A stretch of 64,000 nucleotides of DNA from a virus. This document shows positions 57,642 through 64,000 of the stretch, piece by piece. Numbering within the stretch: the first letter of the stretch is position 1; every line of letters starts with the position of its first letter. The translations under genes were made by a program, and so were the position numbers. The notes below the pieces were generated by a model, which saw only the letters and a list, made by a program, of their open reading frames with translations, searched no databases and was not told the origin of the DNA. The stretch covers positions 32,001 to 96,000 of IMG/VR virus record IMGVR_UViG_3300034105_003151; one strand, written 5' to 3'.

Positions 57642-58184
57642 AATACTGGACCCTTCTATAAAAGCTCGGTCAAGATCACTTGCTGATAATCCTAGCTGAA
57701 AAGCCAGAGAGTTTATCCACTGATACGATCTTTCGATATATGGAGCATATTCCCATTCTGTTCGTATACTTTCTCTTAAGACCGGATCTTCTATAGAGTC
57801 TATAACAGAATTTATCATATTGAGATCAATACCATTATGAATTAGCCACAATCTAGCTTGTCTAGCACTAATCCTCTCCCCAGGAACAACAGTCTCTAAA
57901 GAAACTAATTTTTCATTCATGTCAGAAACTTTTTTGTCTAAAACGGATACTGGAGATGCTGGGTCAATTGTGATTAATGGATTTTCCCCAGGGTTTCGCG
58001 GTGTCAGTCCTAGATCTAAACACGCCTGAACGTATTCCTGATGATTTGTGCCTATCCAATACACTGTAGTACCAGCACCAACTGTTGTAACACAATTAGA
58101 GGGAGTTAGTCCGTCATAATAAGACACCCCATCTGATAGTATCCAGTATGTTGGCTCTTTTGGAAAAATAATCTGAGAAGTCAT
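57639..58184 (-). CDS. fibre-associated hypothetical protein
   Basis: C-terminal ISARQARLWL...EWEYA...LGLSASDLDRAF domain of the type seen next to fibre genes; ATGA start at 58184. Confidence 0.6.
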   Translation of the reverse strand: MTSQIIFPKEPTYWILSDGVSYYDGLTPSNCVTTVGAGTTVYWIGTNHQEYVQACLDLGLTPRNPGENPLITIDPASPVSVLDKKVSDMNEKLVSLETVVPGERISARQARLWLIHNGIDLNMINSVIDSIEDPVLRESIRTEWEYAPYIERSYQWINSLAFQLGLSASDLDRAFIEGSSI

Positions 58185-61177
58185 GCTTGAAACCCTCCAT
58201 CGGTAATCGTCCATCCGTAGTTTACTAGTCGCTGTCTAGCACCGGAGCTAGCGGCGGTATATTTAGCGGTGCCAAAGTTTACGTTTATTCCTGTGGCCCA
58301 GGGCTTTATTGGATTTCCTGTGGAAGTAGTGGCCCATGAATTCAATAATAAGTCATAGTTGCCACTTCCAATATTAGTATTTATCATGAAATTATTAAAA
58401 TTGGTACAATTACATAGATTCCAACCAGTTAACGATACTTGTAGACTACTACAGTTTGTGAACATATTGCTGACTGTTGTTATTCCTGTAACATTCCAAT
58501 TGTTCAAGCCGTTTCCTATAAATGATGCGGCACCGAAAAACATATTAGAACAGACATTATTTCCTTGAAAAGTCCAGTTTGAAAAATCACCAGAAGTCAT
58601 AAGATTTCCACCAAACATATTGATACAATCTGCACCATTTGGTATAGTCCATCCAGTAATCCCGACCTTCAACGAGCCGTTAGTAAACATAGAAGCAAAA
58701 GTCACACTTTTACTAATGTTCCAATTGCTTAGTCCTGAGCCTGCAAAACTAGTACAACCACCAAACATATTAAACAACGTATTTTTGGTAGTATTCCAAT
58801 TGCTTGCATCAAAATTTAGATTAGCGTTGTTAGTAAATATACTATTCATATTACTTATTCCGCTAGTATTCCAAGATTCCAATCCAACTCCTCTAAAATT
58901 TGTACATCCATTAAACATATTGGTACAGTTGATATTATTCCCATTAAAGATCCAGTTTGAAAAATTACCAGAGTTTATGTTAGATGCCCCCTGAAACATA
59001 CTAGTGAGATTAGCTCCGCTTGCTATAGTCCAGCCACTAATACCAACTGTTGACGAATTAGTATTATTCAAAAACATATTGCTAAAGTTTGTGCATTTGC
59101 TTACATTCCAGTTGCTTAATCCACTTTTTGCAAAATTATTAGCTGTTTGAAAAGCATTTGCCATTGTAGTAACATTAGCAACATTCCATCCACTCAAATT
59201 GTTATTAAAATTAGTGTTGCCCAAAAACATATTAGTCATGTTGCTGATACCACTAGTATTCCAATAGTCCAATCCAATTCCTCGGAAGTTTGTACATCCA
59301 TTAAACATACTAGTGCAATTGATTCCGCTTCCATTGAAGGTCCAATTTTGAAAATTAGCAGAATTTATAGCAGTAGAACTTTGAAACATACTAGAAAGAT
59401 TTGCATCACTAGCTATAGTCCAACCGCTAATTCCAACAGCTAAAGGATTGACTTGGTTCATAAACATACTGCTAAAATTTATACACTTATTTGGCCTCCA
59501 ATTACTTAATCCACTTCCCGCAAAGGAATTAGCCCCTCGAAACATATTAGCCATATTTGTAACATTGCTAGTATCCCAACCACTAACATTAGTATTAAAA
59601 TTCCCGCATAACAAAAACATACCACTCATATTGGTAACATTGCTAGTATTCCAATTGCTTAAATTTCCAACAATCATTGTTGAGTTTATGTTTTCAAACA
59701 TTCGATTCATATCAACAATTCCGCTGGTATTCCACGAGCTAAGATCAACATTTAAACTATTGAATGCCGCCGGATAATTAAAACCTGCAAACATTCTAGC
59801 AGTACTACTATTTGAACCAAAAGTCCATCCTGATAAGGAAATAAATTTACTTGCATATGTATCTCCAAACATTCCTAAGCAATTAGCTCCACTTGCTATA
59901 TTCCAGTTGTCTATTCTTATAGAAGCATTTCCTCCAGCATTTAGACCAACAGATCTTAACATAAAATACTGAAAATTGGTTACTTTGCTGACATTCCAAT
60001 TACTTAAATCAGCAACCATAAAATCACTACCAAACTGAAACATACTGCTCATATTTGTAACACCGCTCACATTCCAATCGTTTAATCCACTCTTCGTTCC
60101 ATTCACACCGTAGAACATATTGTTAAGATTTGTTACCCCTCTTAAATCCCAGCTTGGCATATACAAATTAGTTACGCTAGCGGGGGCACTAGTTCCCGCA
60201 TTAAACATACCATTTGCAAGTGATGTTAATCTCCATCCTGAAAGGGTGCAGTTGTTTAATGTGGCTCCAAGAAACATATTTATAGTATTATTTCCGCTCC
60301 AATTTATAAAAGAACAATCGTTTATATTCGAAAAAGAGAACATCGACGGAGCCCCATTACACGCCCATCCACTAAAAGTAATGTTTGACAGTCTGGTATT
60401 TGTAAATGCATTTCCGAAATTCACCACCAGATTAGTATTCCAATTCCAGTCTCCATTAACGGTAATATTACAATTTTGAAAAGATCTTCTCATATCAATA
60501 ACATTCGAAGTGTCCCATTGGGTAAAATTACTGGTATTAAGATTTGAACATCCATTAAAACAATCGGCCAAATTTCTTCTAAAAGGGGCACCAGCAGCAG
60601 GGTCCGTGGGCTTGATATAAGGAGGAACACTCAAAAGACTAGCTCCGCAAGCAGAGTGATTCACGACGGTGGTGATCGTAACTAAATCCCCATAAGATAA
60701 AATAGCAACCGTTGCCAATCCAGCATGTGGAACATTAGTAATCGTATATCCCATTATTCCTTTAATAACAACTGTGTATATACCATGTTTAGGATAAGTA
60801 TGAGACACAGTAAAGAGACTTATAGAAAGTGCAGTTGGCTCAAATCTTGTTTCATAACTTCCAGGTCTTCTAATCTGAGTTGTTCCCGCCGGAATAAGTC
60901 CTCCACTCGTACCGTCTCCCCAGAATATCTCTATAACAGATCCTTGAAGACTTATTCCCATAGATAAAACAATAGTTGTTGATCCACCCTTAGTAGTATC
61001 TATTACCATCACAAAATCTTTACTACTAAAACCATCATTGTTTCCAATCCTAAAGTCATCAATTTTAGGATAATGATAAGGAGTCGGGACTGTTTGCGGA
61101 ATTCCCAATAAAGGTTTTATTCCAACAAGGTCTGTGGCGACAGAAAAATTTGGAGTACCAAGTATGCCGTTATTCAC
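58181..61177 (-). CDS. DUF285/BspA-like repeat surface protein (putative adhesin)
   Basis: many W[DN]TSNVTNMxxMF repeats; IFWGDG...HTY PKD-like segment; C-terminal GWTITDGG. Confidence 0.85.
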   Translation of the reverse strand: MNNGILGTPNFSVATDLVGIKPLLGIPQTVPTPYHYPKIDDFRIGNNDGFSSKDFVMVIDTTKGGSTTIVLSMGISLQGSVIEIFWGDGTSGGLIPAGTTQIRRPGSYETRFEPTALSISLFTVSHTYPKHGIYTVVIKGIMGYTITNVPHAGLATVAILSYGDLVTITTVVNHSACGASLLSVPPYIKPTDPAAGAPFRRNLADCFNGCSNLNTSNFTQWDTSNVIDMRRSFQNCNITVNGDWNWNTNLVVNFGNAFTNTRLSNITFSGWACNGAPSMFSFSNINDCSFINWSGNNTINMFLGATLNNCTLSGWRLTSLANGMFNAGTSAPASVTNLYMPSWDLRGVTNLNNMFYGVNGTKSGLNDWNVSGVTNMSSMFQFGSDFMVADLSNWNVSKVTNFQYFMLRSVGLNAGGNASIRIDNWNIASGANCLGMFGDTYASKFISLSGWTFGSNSSTARMFAGFNYPAAFNSLNVDLSSWNTSGIVDMNRMFENINSTMIVGNLSNWNTSNVTNMSGMFLLCGNFNTNVSGWDTSNVTNMANMFRGANSFAGSGLSNWRPNKCINFSSMFMNQVNPLAVGISGWTIASDANLSSMFQSSTAINSANFQNWTFNGSGINCTSMFNGCTNFRGIGLDYWNTSGISNMTNMFLGNTNFNNNLSGWNVANVTTMANAFQTANNFAKSGLSNWNVSKCTNFSNMFLNNTNSSTVGISGWTIASGANLTSMFQGASNINSGNFSNWIFNGNNINCTNMFNGCTNFRGVGLESWNTSGISNMNSIFTNNANLNFDASNWNTTKNTLFNMFGGCTSFAGSGLSNWNISKSVTFASMFTNGSLKVGITGWTIPNGADCINMFGGNLMTSGDFSNWTFQGNNVCSNMFFGAASFIGNGLNNWNVTGITTVSNMFTNCSSLQVSLTGWNLCNCTNFNNFMINTNIGSGNYDLLLNSWATTSTGNPIKPWATGINVNFGTAKYTAASSGARQRLVNYGWTITDGGFQA
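58385..59516 (-). repeat. three ~390-bp super-repeats within the DUF285 gene
   Basis: SGLSNW...VGI[ST]GWTI...FxNWxFxG...MF units start near 59516, 59126 and 58739. Confidence 0.7.
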
Positions 61178-61572
61178 AGATCTGCCCCTAGTGCTATGAT
61201 ATTAAAACCTTGAGCCGGCCCTACGCTATTAGTAGCACTTAAAATCTGGCCACTCATTAATACAAGGTTATTGTAGGTTGTACTAATTCTTGTGGCCTTA
61301 ACGCTCGCGGAGGGAGCGGCTACTGCGATAGTTATTTCATCAAATAATGGATTACCAACAATTCCAACTCCAGAGATATAAACTCTAGCTAGACCAGCAA
61401 CGGTTGTTCCTGTTGCCTGAATAACAATTTCGGCTATTCTTGTGCCATTACTTGCCCCACTGGCAAATGGAACGTATCCAGACCCTGAGATTCCATCTCG
61501 GTTGTTATTTAGAATCGTTACAAAACCATTTCCAATTTCTGGAATTACTGCAAATGCCGGATTATCAGCCAT
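61174..61572 (-). CDS. small virion/fibre-associated protein
   Basis: beta-rich 132-aa ORF; AAGGA RBS. Confidence 0.6.
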   Translation of the reverse strand: MADNPAFAVIPEIGNGFVTILNNNRDGISGSGYVPFASGASNGTRIAEIVIQATGTTVAGLARVYISGVGIVGNPLFDEITIAVAAPSASVKATRISTTYNNLVLMSGQILSATNSVGPAQGFNIIALGADL

Positions 61573-61583
61573 GTTATTTTCCT

Positions 61584-63800
61584 TTATCTATAAGTTGACC
61601 ATAAGAATAAATTTTTCCCATTGTTCACATTTACACCATTGATAAATAACGAATTATTACTAAAGGTTAATCCGCTTTGACCAATTATGCCCGAGCTTGT
61701 TCCGTCTGAAACTAATACTCTTCCAGAGCCTGGATCGGATACGGAAACACTGCTTCCTCCACCCCCACCAGAAGCGTTAATTGTATAAATTCCGCTAGTA
61801 CTAGTGATAGTTACATTATTACCGGGGAGTAGTTCCTTAACTGGCAACAGCCCGCTGACTCCGCTATCAAAATTTGAAATATCAGAAACTAAATGGGTGT
61901 GTCCACTTAAGCTAACACCCGTATTATTTAGTCTTAGATAATTAAAAACATTCAATCCACTAGATGCAGTACCACTTGCAAAACTTAAACCGTATGTTAC
62001 AAGCATATTAGGTACTATAGCACCTACAAGCGGATTATTATTTCCAATAGAAGTGTTTCCATCTTCGTCCACATTAAAGCTAGGAGTGTTACAGACAAAG
62101 AGGGTATCTACATATAAGTTATTAAATACGGCATCGTTTAACTGAGCATAAGGAGTTAGTAATCCACTAACACTGCTATTAAAATTACCAATATCTGAAC
62201 TTGTTATTCCGCTGTTACGCCAAAGCGATCCGTCATATTTCAAAAATTGTCCACTAATCGCTCCGGTTGTTGCAACATTATGTAGTTCTTCTAGTTCAAA
62301 ACCATTTTGTATAGAAACCTCTATGATCCCTTGATTAACGTGATTTCTAACTATTTTGCCGACAACTACCATATGATTTGGGGCAGTTGGTTTTATGGCT
62401 GTTAAGTTGCCAGAAACACTCGGGCTTAGATATAGAGTACTGCCCTCCACAGCACCAAACTGGTCAGTATTAACATCAATCAATTCTCCAAAAACAACAA
62501 CATCTCCAGCACTATTATTATTTATCTGACTAGCGGTAATGCCGTAAGTTTTACTAGATCCAGCTTCACTAGAAGCGATAGATTTTTGTATTGTTGGCCT
62601 ATTCCCATGACCTCCATTAATATAAACCACAGTCATCTTTGGTAAAGTAGATCCGGTCCTATTTTCGCATCTTGTTATTAATGAAGAAGCACTACTAGCA
62701 GCAACACCATATGCTGTCACAGTATAAATTCCAGAAGTCACCCCTATCTGTATTCCAGAACCGGCGAGAATGTCTTTTACAGAAATAAGATTATTAACCG
62801 ATGTATTAAAGTCTGTTATTTGCGAGCTAGTATGAGTATGCCCGCTTAAACTTACAGGAACTCCGTTTACCCGCAGGGTTATAAAGTTGCCACTATTTAA
62901 TAAAGCATAGGGAGTTAGCAGTCCACTTACTGATGAATTAAAGTTTGTAATATCGCTTGAAGTATGATTATGTCCTACTAAGCTGTAATTGCCACTTGGC
63001 TGTAAACCTGTTACAGAAACAGAGAATAGTCCGGTTGTTGAAACGATATTAACATATCCACTACCAATCACATTTTTAACTGGTATTAATGAGCTAACAC
63101 TAGAGTTAAAATCTGTTATTTGTGAGCTAGTATGCGTATGTCCACTTATGCTATAGTTTCCACTAGGCTGTAATCCCGTGACCGATACCGTAAAAACCCC
63201 TCCAGAAGACGCTACAGAAGCGTATCCGCTGCCCAATATATTTTTTACTGACAATAGTCCACTTACGCTAGAATTAAAATCAGTTATTGCTGAAGCTGTG
63301 TGGGAGTGTCCGCTGATGCTAACAGGAGTTCCGCTTATAGACAGAGAATTAAAATTACCTGTACCAGATATTACGTTTATGGATACTCCACTATTTAATA
63401 GACTCTGTATCTGAGAACTACTAAGACCGAATGTTCCGGTTGTATATATTGTGTATAAATTTCCATTTTGACTTACAGAGATACCGCTGGTTCCTGAAAG
63501 AGTAATATTTTGAGCAAGAGCATTTATAGTTATTGATCCGTCTAGTCCAGAAGCAAATACTATTCCCGATCCAGAATATAATCCACTCACTCTATTTATA
63601 GGTAATAATCCTGTTGTATAACTTATAGGATAGGTGTCTGGAAAATCACTAGGAAGTATTTTATCTCTATTACTAATTTCTAAGTAAACACCACCAGAAG
63701 TAATTATTTCTATAGAAGGAACATCTGTGCCACTAGCCCCAACGGCTACTTCTAAAGAATAAGACGGTTGTTCTATTATTTCAATATTAAAATCTGTCAT
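61584..63800 (-). CDS. tail fibre-like protein with GHxH..ITDFNSSV repeats
   Basis: five GH[TSN]H repeats, S/G/T/N-rich; ATGA start at 63800. Confidence 0.7.
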   Translation of the reverse strand: MTDFNIEIIEQPSYSLEVAVGASGTDVPSIEIITSGGVYLEISNRDKILPSDFPDTYPISYTTGLLPINRVSGLYSGSGIVFASGLDGSITINALAQNITLSGTSGISVSQNGNLYTIYTTGTFGLSSSQIQSLLNSGVSINVISGTGNFNSLSISGTPVSISGHSHTASAITDFNSSVSGLLSVKNILGSGYASVASSGGVFTVSVTGLQPSGNYSISGHTHTSSQITDFNSSVSSLIPVKNVIGSGYVNIVSTTGLFSVSVTGLQPSGNYSLVGHNHTSSDITNFNSSVSGLLTPYALLNSGNFITLRVNGVPVSLSGHTHTSSQITDFNTSVNNLISVKDILAGSGIQIGVTSGIYTVTAYGVAASSASSLITRCENRTGSTLPKMTVVYINGGHGNRPTIQKSIASSEAGSSKTYGITASQINNNSAGDVVVFGELIDVNTDQFGAVEGSTLYLSPSVSGNLTAIKPTAPNHMVVVGKIVRNHVNQGIIEVSIQNGFELEELHNVATTGAISGQFLKYDGSLWRNSGITSSDIGNFNSSVSGLLTPYAQLNDAVFNNLYVDTLFVCNTPSFNVDEDGNTSIGNNNPLVGAIVPNMLVTYGLSFASGTASSGLNVFNYLRLNNTGVSLSGHTHLVSDISNFDSGVSGLLPVKELLPGNNVTITSTSGIYTINASGGGGGSSVSVSDPGSGRVLVSDGTSSGIIGQSGLTFSNNSLFINGVNVNNGKNLFLWSTYR

Positions 63801-64000
63801 ATTTGACACTCTAAAGCGGTTGTGCTTTGACTAAATCTCTTAACTATAGTAATAACTCCATAGAGTATTCTTTCTGTAAAAAATCCTCCATTAGTATAGA
63901 AATTATCTGGACTTTGTAATTCAAAGTCATATTTTGCAGTATTAAATAGGTAGCTGTTGGTAGTGGTTGCGGGCCATAATAAAGTGAATTTTCCATTAGG
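63797..64000 (-). CDS. partial gene, BppU-like baseplate/fibre-attachment protein
   Basis: open frame from the window edge: GKFTLLWPATTT...AKYDFELQSP...RILYGVITIVKR. Confidence 0.55.
   Translation of the reverse strand, partial: PNGKFTLLWPATTTNSYLFNTAKYDFELQSPDNFYTNGGFFTERILYGVITIVKRFSQSTTALECQI

Noticed and set aside
1-64000. CRISPR array, DGR/retron or stop-codon reassignment
   Set aside because: No spaced direct repeats or reverse transcriptase seen; coding density is near complete under the standard code

Overview
AT-rich (roughly 30-33% GC by eye), gene-dense 64-kb segment of a large tailed dsDNA phage genome, standard genetic code. The plus strand (1-34.6 kb) carries ClpP and a catalytically degenerate DeoC fold, a membrane-protein/papain-protease module, nucleotide metabolism (dCMP deaminase, class Id-type ribonucleotide reductase, MazG-like pyrophosphatase, PhoH, dNMP kinase), a bacterial-type replisome (RecA, DnaB, DnaG-like primase, intein-free split DnaE flanking a DEDDh exonuclease, SSB), a tRNA-like RNA with no anticodon arm and a glycosyltransferase cluster. 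The minus strand (34.6-64 kb) carries the tail module: fibres, a DUF285/BspA-like protein, neck, tube, chaperones, a 2601-aa tape measure protein and tail-tip proteins. An SHD1-like domain and a YfaP-like gene point weakly to a Planctomycetota host. Best leads: (1) the tape measure protein is built from five DTVPAML[TS]xGE[FY]V modules and many [FY]xxGG motifs that bracket cargo domains, including a PD-(D/E)xK-like nuclease and SHD1-like domains, suggesting co-injected effectors; (2) Ser-Gly dipeptides are strongly and directionally enriched in surface-exposed virion proteins, next to a phage glycosylation cluster; (3) the intein-free split DnaE; (4) the tRNA-elbow mimic. All calls come from motif recognition by eye; no searches were run.
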